64,000 nucleotides of DNA from Clostridia bacterium (lineage in GTDB: Bacteria > Bacillota > Clostridia > Oscillospirales > CAG-272): the NCBI GenBank assembly GCA_017462795.1, contig JAFTQL010000015.1, positions 7,825 to 71,824 of the forward strand, in the 5' to 3' direction. The notes beneath the pieces were generated by a model. It saw nothing but the letters and a program-made list of their open reading frames with translations. It had not been told where the DNA came from and made no database searches. Each line of letters begins with the position of its first letter. Within the stretch, counting starts at the first letter, position 1. Shown here one piece after another: positions 1-9,605 of this stretch. The translations under genes were made by a program, and so were the position numbers.

Positions 1-353
1 CTCGCTGTGCCCTCGTCAAAATCGGAGTAGAACTCGGAGAAATATTCCATCAGCTCGTCAACGCGCATCCATGAATTGAAATATGTGCGCTCGGGCAGAT
101 AAGATATAAGCGCGTTTGTAGCCTCGCTTCTCGGCTGTCCGCAGATGTATATCTCGCCGCTGTCGGGTACGAGTATACCGCTGACCAGCTTCATGAGTGT
201 GGATTTTCCGCATCCGTTGGGACCGAGCAGACCGACTATCTTTCCGCTTGGAAGATTGAAGTTGAAGGAGCGAAGTACAGGTGTGTCGCTCTTATAGCTC
301 TTACACAGGTTTACGCAGGTAAGAACGGGGGTATTCGGAACGGTGTTGTTCAT
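1..353 (-). CDS. ABC transporter ATP-binding protein (5' part; truncated by window edge)
   Basis: ATG at 353-351 overlaps the GntR stop (TGATG). Reads MNNTVPNTPVLTCVNLCKSY...GLLGPNGCGKSTLMK (Walker A). Confidence 0.85.
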   Translation of the reverse strand, partial: MNNTVPNTPVLTCVNLCKSYKSDTPVLRSFNFNLPSGKIVGLLGPNGCGKSTLMKLVSGILVPDSGEIYICGQPRSEATNALISYLPERTYFNSWMRVDELMEYFSEFYSDFDEGTA

Positions 354-715
354 CAGTTTTTATCCTCCTCTGTAATATATTTGACGAGCTCTTCTGTGGT
401 TATACCCAGCGCGCGTGTCTCCTCTAAGATATTGCGGACGGTATCTCTCATCATGCGTTCTTTTGCTGATCTGAGTATGGCTGTGTCGGATGTGACAAAT
501 CTGCCAACGGTGCCGTGGGAGTGAAGAATGCCTTCCTCCTCGAGATGGGCAAGCGCCTTTTGCATGGTGTTGGGATTTACCGCCGCCTCGGAGGCGAGCT
601 GACGCACCGAGGGAAACTGCTCGTGAGGGGCGTATTTACCGCTGAGTATCTCACCGCGCAGTCTGTTTGCTATCTGCAGGAACACGGCTTCTTTCTGATT
701 GAAATTCCACGCCAT
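353..715 (-). CDS. GntR family (YtrA subfamily) transcriptional regulator
   Basis: wHTH motif PSVRQLASEAAVNPNTMQKALAHLEEEG; 120 aa; SD AAAGGAGG upstream; followed by an ABC ATPase. Confidence 0.92.
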   Translation of the reverse strand: MAWNFNQKEAVFLQIANRLRGEILSGKYAPHEQFPSVRQLASEAAVNPNTMQKALAHLEEEGILHSHGTVGRFVTSDTAILRSAKERMMRDTVRNILEETRALGITTEELVKYITEEDKN

Positions 716-733
716 GTGGGAAAACCTCCTTTC

Positions 734-782
734 TGTACTATTGTACTAATACAATAATACACTATTGGGAGCGGTTTGTCAA
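734..782 (-). promoter_or_regulatory. sigma-A promoter with overlapping YtrA-type operator sites
   Basis: Minus strand TTGACA (782-777), 17 nt, TATTAT (759-754). Two overlapping TGTACTA-N6-TAATACA sites at 734-753 and 742-761. Confidence 0.7.
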
Positions 783-944
783 TAGCTTTTTGTTATTTTT
801 TTACCTTTTTTATGTCAATTTTTAAATATTACTTGAAAAATGCGGGGAAATAGATTATAATTTAATAAAAAAGTCCTTTATGAACACCGGTGAAAGTGTT
901 TGGGACGCTTTTGGAAAAGATGATTATAAAACGGAGAAAACGAT

Positions 945-1664
945 ATGATATTTAAAGAGAAATTCACCACGCGGTGGCACGATACCGACGCATACCGGAG
1001 GGTGCGCGCCACTCAGATGCTGGTCTATATGCAGGAGGTCTCAAACCATCACATGGAGAGCTGCGGTATGTCGCTCGACCGACTCAGAGACAGCATGGGA
1101 CTCGCCTTTATACTCAGCAAAATAAGAATGAGGATGTACCGCCCTCTTTATGCCTTTGAGGATATCGAGGTGCAGACATGGACCTGCGAGGGGCGTGGCT
1201 ATGCGATCTCCCGTTTTTACAGAATCATGCGCGGAGATGAGATCATTGCCGATGCCGACACCACATGGGCGCTTGTAAGCCTTACGGACAGATCTCTTGT
1301 CCGTCAGGAGGATTTTCACGTTTATGATTTTGAAAATGAGCCTACCGTTGCTATTGATGTACCCGCGCGTCTGAGATTTCCCAAGGATGTCCCGCTTGAA
1401 AGCGTAGGACAGCGCCGCATAGTATATTCCGATCTTGACTACAATATGCACATGAACAACACAAAATATCCCGACATGCTCTGCGACTTTATGCCGTCCG
1501 ACGAGGTGGAGCGCATCAGGGGGATATATCTGTCGTATGTCCACGAGGCGGCGTTTGGAGACACGCTTGACGTGCGCAGCGCAATATGCGACGGTATCCG
1601 TTACTTCCGCACCGTAGGATCGGAGGGCAACACCTGCCTTGAGGCGGCGATAATACTTGAATGA
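945..1664 (+). CDS. acyl-ACP thioesterase (double hot-dog fold)
   Basis: YSDLDYNMHMNNTKY catalytic motif; RPLYAFEDIEVQTW; 239 aa; GGAG SD. Confidence 0.88.
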   Translation: MIFKEKFTTRWHDTDAYRRVRATQMLVYMQEVSNHHMESCGMSLDRLRDSMGLAFILSKIRMRMYRPLYAFEDIEVQTWTCEGRGYAISRFYRIMRGDEIIADADTTWALVSLTDRSLVRQEDFHVYDFENEPTVAIDVPARLRFPKDVPLESVGQRRIVYSDLDYNMHMNNTKYPDMLCDFMPSDEVERIRGIYLSYVHEAAFGDTLDVRSAICDGIRYFRTVGSEGNTCLEAAIILE

Positions 1665-1701
1665 CGGATATTCAATGAGATCAAGGAGATAAAGGATAAA
1701 A

Positions 1702-2688
1702 ATGATAAAGCTTTTGACACCCGGAAACGGAGAAAATGTCATACTTCTCAAGGAGAGACACCGTGAGTACATAGCCGAGCCTGTCAACGATCCCGATATC
1801 AAGGTGGACTGGCTCGATCTGAAGGCAACGGGAACGGACATGTCATTTCCCGATCCTGTGCTGTTCAGCTTTGAGCCTGCCATTGACGGCGAGATAACAG
1901 TCATCCGCAAGGGCGGGGAGACACGTGTTATAAAGGCAAAGGCGGGGCGCGCGGAGATAACCAATTTCTATATTGACGCGGACTATGAGTGGTATGTCAA
2001 GGCGGGATGGATGACGTCCGAAAAATTTTGCTTTCATACCGACGCGCAGGCGCCAAGAATGCTTTATGTGGACGGTATATCCAATGTCCGCGATATAGGC
2101 GGCTTCCGCACGCTTGATGGCAGGAGAGTAAAGCAGGGACTGCTTTACAGAACCTCAGAGATGGACAGCCATGTAGCCATAACCGAGCAGGGAAAGAGTA
2201 CGCTTATGGATGAGCTGGGCATACGCTTGGACGTTGATATCAGAGGAATAAACAACGAGCCGAGATGCCCTGTGCTGGACGAGAGCCGTGTGAGATGGCT
2301 GAACTATCCCTTGGCGGCATATGCGGAAATATTCACGGACGAGCAGAAGGAGCTTTACAGGCAGACCTTTGAGCTTGCGGCGCGGAGAGATTCTTATCCT
2401 CTCATGCTTCACTGCTGGGGCGGTATTGACCGAACCGGCACATGGCTTTACATCCTTGGCGGACTGCTTGGGGTGAGTGAGGACGACCTGGGTCTTGACT
2501 ATGAGATGTCATCCTTCTCCCGTTGGAACAGGCGTTCACGCAGATCCGCTCAGTTTACCGAATTTCTTACGGAGCTTCACAGATACGGCGAAGGTCTTTA
2601 CAGCGCGTGCGTAGGCTTTCTTGCCGACTGCGGTGTGAGCTCGTATACTATGAGCAGGATACGCGACATTCTTTTGGAGGAGATATGA
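1702..2688 (+). CDS. tyrosine/lipid phosphatase (IphP/MptpB-like) with N-terminal extension
   Basis: NVRDIGG, LYRTS, DIR, P-loop HCWGGIDRTG, DYEMS motifs. Confidence 0.85.
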   Translation: MIKLLTPGNGENVILLKERHREYIAEPVNDPDIKVDWLDLKATGTDMSFPDPVLFSFEPAIDGEITVIRKGGETRVIKAKAGRAEITNFYIDADYEWYVKAGWMTSEKFCFHTDAQAPRMLYVDGISNVRDIGGFRTLDGRRVKQGLLYRTSEMDSHVAITEQGKSTLMDELGIRLDVDIRGINNEPRCPVLDESRVRWLNYPLAAYAEIFTDEQKELYRQTFELAARRDSYPLMLHCWGGIDRTGTWLYILGGLLGVSEDDLGLDYEMSSFSRWNRRSRRSAQFTEFLTELHRYGEGLYSACVGFLADCGVSSYTMSRIRDILLEEI

Positions 2689-3431
2689 TCATGGAGACGG
2701 TTATGGAAATGAAGGAAAGTCTGTGGAACGGATACATCAGGCTTGATTTTATGTTTGAGGACAGACGCGCGTTGGTTGTCTGCCCCAAGACGCCCACAGA
2801 GGACAAAAGGTGGCTTTTCAAAACGGAATATTTCGGAGCTTTTCCCGCCTTTGAGCTTGCGATGCTGGAGAGGGGATATTATGTGGCGCATGTGAATAAC
2901 GTGACCCGTTGGTGTCTGCCCGAGGACACGGACGTTAAGGCGAGGTTTTGCGATTTTCTTATTGCACGGATGGGGCTTAACAAAAGGTGTGTTCCCGTGG
3001 GCATGAGCTGCGGCGGCATGCAGGCGGTCTACTTCGGGGCTAAATACCCTCAGTATGTGGCGGCTCTTTACCTTGACGCGCCCGTTCTCAATCTGCTCAG
3101 TTGTCCTTGCGGCGTTGGGGCGGCTACCCGTGATCTGTATGCGGAATTTGTAAGAGCGACGGGAATGACGGTCTCCGATCTGATCAATTACCGCAATCAT
3201 CCCATAGATCATGCGGGAGAGCTGATAGATGCGGGAATACCCGTATTCCTTGTTTGCGGAGACAGCGATACAGTTGTGCCATATGTTGAGAACGGCAAAG
3301 AGCTTGCGCGCATCTACCGCGAGCGCGGCGGCGTTATCGAGGAGATAATAAAGCCCGGGTGTGATCACCATCCTCACGGCTTGGAGGACAATACCCCAAT
3401 TCGTCTGTTTGTGGAAAAGTATTACGAATAG
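2685..3431 (+). CDS. alpha/beta hydrolase
   Basis: Nucleophile elbow GMSCGG, acid GDSDTVVP, His in HHPHG. ATG at 2685 overlaps the upstream TGA and has a GGAGG SD, so the ORF-track start at 2523 is too long. Confidence 0.82.
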   Translation: MIMETVMEMKESLWNGYIRLDFMFEDRRALVVCPKTPTEDKRWLFKTEYFGAFPAFELAMLERGYYVAHVNNVTRWCLPEDTDVKARFCDFLIARMGLNKRCVPVGMSCGGMQAVYFGAKYPQYVAALYLDAPVLNLLSCPCGVGAATRDLYAEFVRATGMTVSDLINYRNHPIDHAGELIDAGIPVFLVCGDSDTVVPYVENGKELARIYRERGGVIEEIIKPGCDHHPHGLEDNTPIRLFVEKYYE

Positions 3432-3496
3432 AAAAGAAAGAGACGGGGTTCGGTGGGAAGGTTATCACTAAATATCATTAACATCATTAAGGATCA

Positions 3497-3541
3497 AAAA
3501 AGCGCTTATGACACTTTAGCTGGAGTGTCATAAGCGCTTTG
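3497..3541. terminator. intrinsic terminator between convergent genes
   Basis: AAAAAGCGCTTATGACACT...AGTGTCATAAGCGCTTT inverted repeat. Confidence 0.75.
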
Positions 3542-3545
3542 AGTA

Positions 3546-4259
3546 TTATTTGCATATTCCTATTAAGGACTTTACCGCCTCGCCTGCGGCTATGAGACCT
3601 GCGACGGAAGGGACGAAGGCTATGCTTGCGGGGATGGGCTTGCCGCGTTCGGAGCACTGCGGCAGGACGGGGGAGATGGGCGGCTCGGGAGACCACACTA
3701 CCTTCATGTGCGTGATACCGCGGGCTTTGAGCTCCCGCCGCATGACCCGCGCAAGGGGACAGCCCTCGGTCTTTGACAGGTCGGAGACTCTCAGGGCGGT
3801 GGGGTCGAGCTTGTTACCAGTTCCCATGGAGCTTATCATGGGAATGTTCATTTTCGCGCACCGCACCGCTATCTCTATTTTTGCGCTCACGGTGTCTATG
3901 GCGTCTATAACGTAGTCGTAAGACGAAAAATCAAAGGTATCGGCGTTCTCGGGCAGAAAGAACTCCATCCGCTCAGTGATCTCAATGTCGGGATTTATGT
4001 CCTTGAGGCGGTCGGCGACAACGCTGACCTTGGGTCTGCCCACAGTGCTTGTAAGGGCGCAGAGCTGGCGGTTTATGTTGCTTTCCGCCACGGTGTCACT
4101 GTCGATAAGCTCTATTTTTCCTATACCGCATCTCGCCAGAGCCTCCGCCACGTAGCTGCCGACCCCGCCCACGCCGAACAGGGCGACCTTTTTGGTTGCC
4201 AGCGTTGCTGTAGCCTCTTCGCCGAGAAGCATGCTCTGTCTTTCAAATCTTTTGCTCAT
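3546..4259 (-). CDS. tcdA: tRNA threonylcarbamoyladenosine dehydratase (ThiF/E1-like)
   Basis: GVGGVGSY, SNINRQL, DAID, SSMGTGNKLDPT, CPLARVMRRELK motifs. Confidence 0.88.
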   Translation of the reverse strand: MSKRFERQSMLLGEEATATLATKKVALFGVGGVGSYVAEALARCGIGKIELIDSDTVAESNINRQLCALTSTVGRPKVSVVADRLKDINPDIEITERMEFFLPENADTFDFSSYDYVIDAIDTVSAKIEIAVRCAKMNIPMISSMGTGNKLDPTALRVSDLSKTEGCPLARVMRRELKARGITHMKVVWSPEPPISPVLPQCSERGKPIPASIAFVPSVAGLIAAGEAVKSLIGICK

Positions 4260-4516
4260 TTATACGTTCCTCTTATAATAATATTTTTTTCGGTTACAAT
4301 AATATTGTAAAATATTTGAACGCATATGTCAAGGGGATTTTGAAAACTGATATTTTTATTTATGCTAAGATATCGGTTTGCATTTTTCGGCAATACGGTA
4401 AATTGAGCTAACTGTATTGACAAAATTTGCAGTATATGATATAATTTGTATATGTATGGCTATTTGCAGCTTTAATGTTTTCAGACTTATTTGATTTTCA
4501 GAAAGGAAACCCGATA

Positions 4517-5860
4517 ATGGAAAAGATCAATGTCACGGTTAATGAAAGAGAAGAGAGAGAAGACATACTCCGCCGTGTAAAGGAATACTGTGAGAAATAC
4601 CACACAAAGCCCGCGTATAAGGAGGGCGACAGAATACCCTACGCATCCCGTGTTTACGACAGCGACGAGATGTGCAATCTTGTTGACAGTTCCCTTGAGT
4701 TCTGGCTTACGTCGGGCAGATATACAGATGAATTTGAGAAGAAGTTTGCGGAGTATCTGGGAGTGAGACATTGCAGTCTCGTAAACTCGGGCTCTTCCGC
4801 TAATCTGCTTGCTTTTATGACCCTCACCTCTCCCTTGCTCGGAGACAGAGCCGTAAGAAGAGGAGACGAGATCATAACTGTGGCGGCGGGCTTCCCCACA
4901 ACGGTAACACCCTATCTGCAGTTCGGCGCTGTTCCCGTATTTGTTGACATCACCATTCCTCAGTATAACATAGACGTTACAAAGCTGGAGGAGGCGCTCT
5001 CGGACAAGACACGTGCCGTTATGATAGCGCACACCCTCGGCAATCCCTTTGATCTTGCGGCTGTCAAGACCTTCTGTGACAAGCACGGGCTGTGGCTGGT
5101 GGAGGACAACTGCGACGCGCTTGGATCTGAGTACACCATCGACGGTGTTAAGAGAAAGACAGGAACTGTGGGCGACATAGGCACAAGCAGCTTCTATCCT
5201 CCTCATCACATAACCATGGGTGAGGGCGGTGCGGTATATACCGACGATCCTCTGCTTGCCAAGATAATCCGCTCCATGCGCGATTGGGGACGCGACTGCG
5301 TATGTCCCGCGGGCGTTGACAACTTCTGCCGTCACCGCTTTGACCGTCAGTACGGTGAGCTTCCCATGGGCTACGACCACAAGTATGTATATTCTCATTT
5401 CGGCTACAACCTCAAGGCTACGGACATGCAGGCGGCTGTAGGCTGTGCTCAGCTCAAGAAATTCCCGAGCTTCGTGGAGCGCCGCCGCCACAACTTTGCC
5501 CGCCTCAAGGCGGCTCTTGCTCCCGTTGCCGACAAGCTCATACTTCCCGAGGCTTGTGAGAATTCCGACCCCTCATGGTTTGGATTCCTCATTACCTGTC
5601 AGGGTGTTGACAGAGAGAAGGTAGTGCCTTATATCGAGTCAAGAGGCGTTCAGACAAGAATGCTGTTTGCGGGCAATCTCACAAAGCACCCCTGCTTTGA
5701 CGAGTTGCGCGCGTCGGGCGAGGGCTACAGGATAGTGGGTACGCTTGAAAATACCGACAGGGTAATGACCGACACCTTCTGGGTAGGTGTATACCCCGGA
5801 ATGACCGATGAGATGATCGATTACATGGCAAAGACCATTATCGAGGCGGTAAACTCTTAA
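4517..5860 (+). CDS. rfbH: CDP-4-keto-6-deoxy-D-glucose 3-dehydrase (RfbH/DdhC, E1)
   Basis: VNSGSSANLLA, EDNCDALGS, SSFYPPHHITMGEGG (His in place of the PLP Lys), RDWGRDCVC, GYDHKYVYSHFGYNLK. SD AAAGGA before ATG 4517. Confidence 0.9.
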   Translation: MEKINVTVNEREEREDILRRVKEYCEKYHTKPAYKEGDRIPYASRVYDSDEMCNLVDSSLEFWLTSGRYTDEFEKKFAEYLGVRHCSLVNSGSSANLLAFMTLTSPLLGDRAVRRGDEIITVAAGFPTTVTPYLQFGAVPVFVDITIPQYNIDVTKLEEALSDKTRAVMIAHTLGNPFDLAAVKTFCDKHGLWLVEDNCDALGSEYTIDGVKRKTGTVGDIGTSSFYPPHHITMGEGGAVYTDDPLLAKIIRSMRDWGRDCVCPAGVDNFCRHRFDRQYGELPMGYDHKYVYSHFGYNLKATDMQAAVGCAQLKKFPSFVERRRHNFARLKAALAPVADKLILPEACENSDPSWFGFLITCQGVDREKVVPYIESRGVQTRMLFAGNLTKHPCFDELRASGEGYRIVGTLENTDRVMTDTFWVGVYPGMTDEMIDYMAKTIIEAVNS

Positions 5861-5893
5861 TTACGGAAACTTACGGAAAAAGGAAATACTGAT

Positions 5894-7714
5894 ATGAAGA
5901 TTCGTCTTGCCGATTATGTAGCGGACTTTCTCGTGGAGAACGGTATAACCGATTGCTTTACGGTCACGGGCGGAGGCGCTATGCACCTCAACGACGCTCT
6001 CGGACACAAGGAAGGGCTGAGATGCCTTTATAACCACCACGAGCAGGCATGCGCTATTGCCGCAGAGGCGTACGCGCGTATAAACAACAGGATCGCGGCT
6101 GTTTGCGTTACCACGGGTCCCGGCGGAACAAACGCCATCACGGGCGTTATCGGAGGCTGGTTGGATTCCGTTCCCATGCTGATAATCTCGGGTCAGGTGC
6201 GCTATGACACCTCAAAGAGGGGAATGGGACTTGACATCAGAGCGGGGGGAGATCAGGAATTTGACATCACCCGCGCTGTTGAGTGTATGACCAAATACTG
6301 TGAGATGATAGAAGACCCACGGCGTATAAGATACGCTCTTGAAAAGTCTCTTTATCTCGCCAAGACCGGCAGACCCGGTCCATGCTGGATAGATATTCCC
6401 GTAAACTTCCAAGGCTGTATTATTGACACCGACGAGCTTGTGGCGTTTGACCCCGAGGCGGAGAAAAACGACGGGGCTCCCAAGGTGGATGGTGATGTCA
6501 TCGATGCTGTTATCGAGAAGATAAAGAGCGCGGAGCGTCCCGTGCTGTACGCGGGCAACGGCGTTCGTCTTGCGGGCGGCTTTGATATTTTTGAGAAGAT
6601 AGTTCCCATGCTCAACATTCCTGTTGTCACGGGATGGGATAATATTGACATGATGGCTGACGCTGATCCCCTTTATGTGGGTCGCGGAGGCATTATGGGC
6701 GACCGTCCCGGCAACTTTGCCGTGCAGAATGCCGATCTTGTGCTGGCTGTGGGAAACAGGCTGTCCATCCGTCAGGTTGGGTACAACTGGCAGACATGGG
6801 CGAGAGAGGCGTTTGTAATTATGGTGGACGTGGATGCGGAGGAGCTGAAAAAGCCCACTCTGCACGTTGAGATGCCCATCCATGCGGACGCAAGGGATTT
6901 TCTATGCGCACTTGCGGCAAAGCTACCCGCGGAGGGCACTCTGTATCATGAGAACGGCTGGCAACAGACCTGCCGTGACTGGAAGAGGGATTATCCCGTT
7001 GTTCTTCCCAAGCACCTTGAATGGGAGGGGTTTACCAATCCTTACGCCTTTATAAAGAAGCTGTCATCAAGACTTCCCGAGGGCTACACCACCGTTGTCG
7101 GCAATGGCACGGCATGTGTTGTGGGAAGCCATGGATATGAGATAAAGAAGGGTCAGAGATTTATAATAAACTCTGCTGTTGCGTCTATGGGATACGATCT
7201 CCCCGCGGCAGTGGGTGCTTGCGTGGCTCTCGGACGGCAGGAGATAGTCTGCGTTTCGGGCGACGGAAGTATACAGATGAATCTGCAGGAGCTTCAGACC
7301 ATTCTTACAAATAAATTACCTATCAAGATATTTGTTATAAACAACGACGGATATCATTCCATCCGTCAGACGCAGACCAACCTTTTCGGAACACACACCA
7401 AGGTGGGAATCGGTCCTGAGAGCGGAGACCTTTCCTTCCCGTCGCTTGAGAGGCTGGCGTGGGCTTACGGTTATCCTTACGCGGCTTGCCGTACAAACGG
7501 CGAAATAGACGGTGTGCTTGAGGCGGCGTTTGGAACAGAGGGCGCGTTTATCGCCGAGATATTTGTTGACCCTGTTCAGTTCTTTGAGCCCAAGAGCGCG
7601 ACAAAGAGGCTTGCGGACGGAACGCTGGTAAGTCCTCCTCTTGAGGATCTGGCGCCCTTCCTCGACAGGGAAGAGCTGAAGAGCATTATGAAGATACCAA
7701 TGCTTGATGAGTAA
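5894..7714 (+). CDS. thiamine pyrophosphate-binding protein (acetolactate synthase-like, YerE-like)
   Basis: TGGGAMHLND, HHEQACAIAAEAY, TTGPGGTN, ThDP motif GDGSIQMN...NNDGY; directly downstream of rfbH. Confidence 0.88.
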   Translation: MKIRLADYVADFLVENGITDCFTVTGGGAMHLNDALGHKEGLRCLYNHHEQACAIAAEAYARINNRIAAVCVTTGPGGTNAITGVIGGWLDSVPMLIISGQVRYDTSKRGMGLDIRAGGDQEFDITRAVECMTKYCEMIEDPRRIRYALEKSLYLAKTGRPGPCWIDIPVNFQGCIIDTDELVAFDPEAEKNDGAPKVDGDVIDAVIEKIKSAERPVLYAGNGVRLAGGFDIFEKIVPMLNIPVVTGWDNIDMMADADPLYVGRGGIMGDRPGNFAVQNADLVLAVGNRLSIRQVGYNWQTWAREAFVIMVDVDAEELKKPTLHVEMPIHADARDFLCALAAKLPAEGTLYHENGWQQTCRDWKRDYPVVLPKHLEWEGFTNPYAFIKKLSSRLPEGYTTVVGNGTACVVGSHGYEIKKGQRFIINSAVASMGYDLPAAVGACVALGRQEIVCVSGDGSIQMNLQELQTILTNKLPIKIFVINNDGYHSIRQTQTNLFGTHTKVGIGPESGDLSFPSLERLAWAYGYPYAACRTNGEIDGVLEAAFGTEGAFIAEIFVDPVQFFEPKSATKRLADGTLVSPPLEDLAPFLDREELKSIMKIPMLDE

Positions 7715-7847
7715 TGAGGTGTAATTCGGGAGACAATATTTTGCTCGGAAATGCAATGTATTATGCATATATTTGCAATTCCATTGTAAATATAAAAGGA
7801 GTATAATAAAACCGTAATTTTTATATTTTATATAAGGAGAAAAAGTT

Positions 7848-8453
7848 ATGAACATCACAGAGAAGATCAGGGAGCTTAAGGTAGTTCCCGTTGTGGTCAT
7901 CAAGGACATTGCCGATGCCGAGCCTACTCTCAACGCGCTTTGCGAGGGCGGACTTCCCGTGGCTGAGATCACCTTCCGTACCGCTTGCGCCGCCGACGCT
8001 ATCAAGCTCGGTTGCGAGAAATTCCCCGATATGCTTATCGGAGCGGGAACGGTTATCAACGCTGAGCAGTGCAACAAGGCTATTGATTGCGGAGCAAAAT
8101 TTATTGTCGGACCGGGCTTTGCCGCTGAGGTGGCAGAGGTTTGTCGTGAGAGAGGCGTTCTCTATCTCCCCGGTTGCGTAACACCCACAGAGATCATTAC
8201 AGCTATTTCCTACGGACTTGAGATAGTCAAGTTCTTCCCCTGCTCAAATTATGGCGGACTTGGTACTCTCAAGGCGCTGAGCGCGGCTTTCCCACAGATG
8301 AAGTTTATGCCCACCGGCGGTATCTCCGAGGACAATGTTCTCGAATATCTTGCCTTTGACAAGATCGTTGCCTGTGGCGGTAGCTGGATGATGAAGGGAA
8401 CACCCGACGAGATCAAGGAAAAGACCGCCAGAGCAGTAGCTTTGGTTAAATAA
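7848..8453 (+). CDS. eda: 2-dehydro-3-deoxy-phosphogluconate (KDPG)/KHG aldolase
   Basis: AEITFRT, IGAGTV, PGCVTPTEI, VKFFP, FMPTGGI, ACGGSW motifs. Confidence 0.92.
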   Translation: MNITEKIRELKVVPVVVIKDIADAEPTLNALCEGGLPVAEITFRTACAADAIKLGCEKFPDMLIGAGTVINAEQCNKAIDCGAKFIVGPGFAAEVAEVCRERGVLYLPGCVTPTEIITAISYGLEIVKFFPCSNYGGLGTLKALSAAFPQMKFMPTGGISEDNVLEYLAFDKIVACGGSWMMKGTPDEIKEKTARAVALVK

Positions 8454-8489
8454 CTTACTTTTTCCCTTAAAAAAGAAAAAGTAAGCAAA
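8454..8489. repeat. REP-like palindrome family C (CTTACTTTTTC...GAAAAAGTAAGCAAA)
   Basis: Immediately follows the eda stop; same arms as the 9606-9650 copy after kdgK. Confidence 0.7.
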
Positions 8490-8513
8490 GAGACAAATTA
8501 CATTTTATTATTA

Positions 8514-8572
8514 TTTTAAAGTTCTTTGAAAGGAGTCTGAGGAAAAGCTTTCTTTCAAGAAAGTTTTTCTCG
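8514..8572 (+). repeat. REP-like element family B (TTTAAAGTT..GAA.GGAGTCTGAGGAAA..hairpin)
   Basis: Similar head plus hairpin at 12108-12160, 42802-42852 (reverse orientation) and 43061-43121. Confidence 0.65.
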
Positions 8573-8585
8573 GTAAAAAACAAAA

Positions 8586-9605
8586 ATGAAAACAGTATGT
8601 TTCGGTGAGCTGATGCTCAGACTTGCGCCCAACGGTTATTATAGATTTTTCCAGAACGATCAGATGCAGGCTACGTTTGGCGGCGGTGAGGCGAATGTTG
8701 CCGTGTCGCTTGCAAACTACGGCTTTGACAGTACATATGTAACAAAGCTTCCCAAGCACGCTATCGGACAGGCGGCAGTTGATTCGCTCCGCTACTTTGG
8801 CGTTGACACGTCAAAGATCGTTCGCGGCGGCGACAGAGTTGGTATCTATTTCCTTGAAAAGGGAGCGTCACAGAGAGGCTCTGTATGTATTTATGACCGC
8901 GCTCATTCCTCCATTGCCGAGGCAGCTCCCGAGGATTTCGATTGGGACGCTATTTTTGAGGGAGCTGACTGGTTCCACTTTACAGGTATTACTCCCGCGC
9001 TGGGCGGAAACATGGTTGAGATATGCAAACAGGCATGTATTGCCGCTAAGAAGCATGGTGTAAAGGTATCCTGCGACCTCAACTACCGCGGTAAGCTGTG
9101 GACAAGAGAGCAGGCGAGAGCGGCAATGACAGAGCTTTGCCAGTATGTTGATGTTTGCATCTCCAATGAGGAGGACGCAAAGGATGTATTCGGTATTGAG
9201 GCTGAGGGCAGTGACATTTACGGCGGCAAGCTCAATCGCGAGGGCTACAAGTCGGTTGCAAAGCAGCTTGCTGACAAGTTCGGCTTTGAAAAGGTTGCTA
9301 TCACGCTCCGCACATCCATTTCCGCAAACGACAACGATTGGGCGGGAATGCTTTATGACGGCGAGAACTACTGCTTCTCCAAGTCCTATCACCTTCACAG
9401 TGTTGACCGCGTAGGCGGCGGCGACAGCTTTGGCGGCGGTTTGATCTATGCGTTGCTTAGCGGCAAGACCACACAGCAGGCAATTGAATTTGCTGTAGCG
9501 GCATCCGCGCTCAAGCACACTGTAGAGGGAGACTACAACCGTGTATCCGTCTCCGAGGTTGAAAAGCTCGCAGGCGGCGACGGCTCGGGACGCGTACAAA
9601 GATAA
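8586..9605 (+). CDS. kdgK: 2-keto-3-deoxygluconate kinase (PfkB sugar kinase)
   Basis: FGELMLRL, GGGEANVA, DLNYRGKLW, DRVGGGDSFGGG motifs; follows eda. Confidence 0.88.
   Translation: MKTVCFGELMLRLAPNGYYRFFQNDQMQATFGGGEANVAVSLANYGFDSTYVTKLPKHAIGQAAVDSLRYFGVDTSKIVRGGDRVGIYFLEKGASQRGSVCIYDRAHSSIAEAAPEDFDWDAIFEGADWFHFTGITPALGGNMVEICKQACIAAKKHGVKVSCDLNYRGKLWTREQARAAMTELCQYVDVCISNEEDAKDVFGIEAEGSDIYGGKLNREGYKSVAKQLADKFGFEKVAITLRTSISANDNDWAGMLYDGENYCFSKSYHLHSVDRVGGGDSFGGGLIYALLSGKTTQQAIEFAVAASALKHTVEGDYNRVSVSEVEKLAGGDGSGRVQR

Noticed and set aside
4294-4310. TTACAATA-A-TATTGTAA palindrome over the tcdA -10 box as an operator
   Set aside because: AT-rich, single copy and no cognate regulator nearby; chance cannot be excluded.
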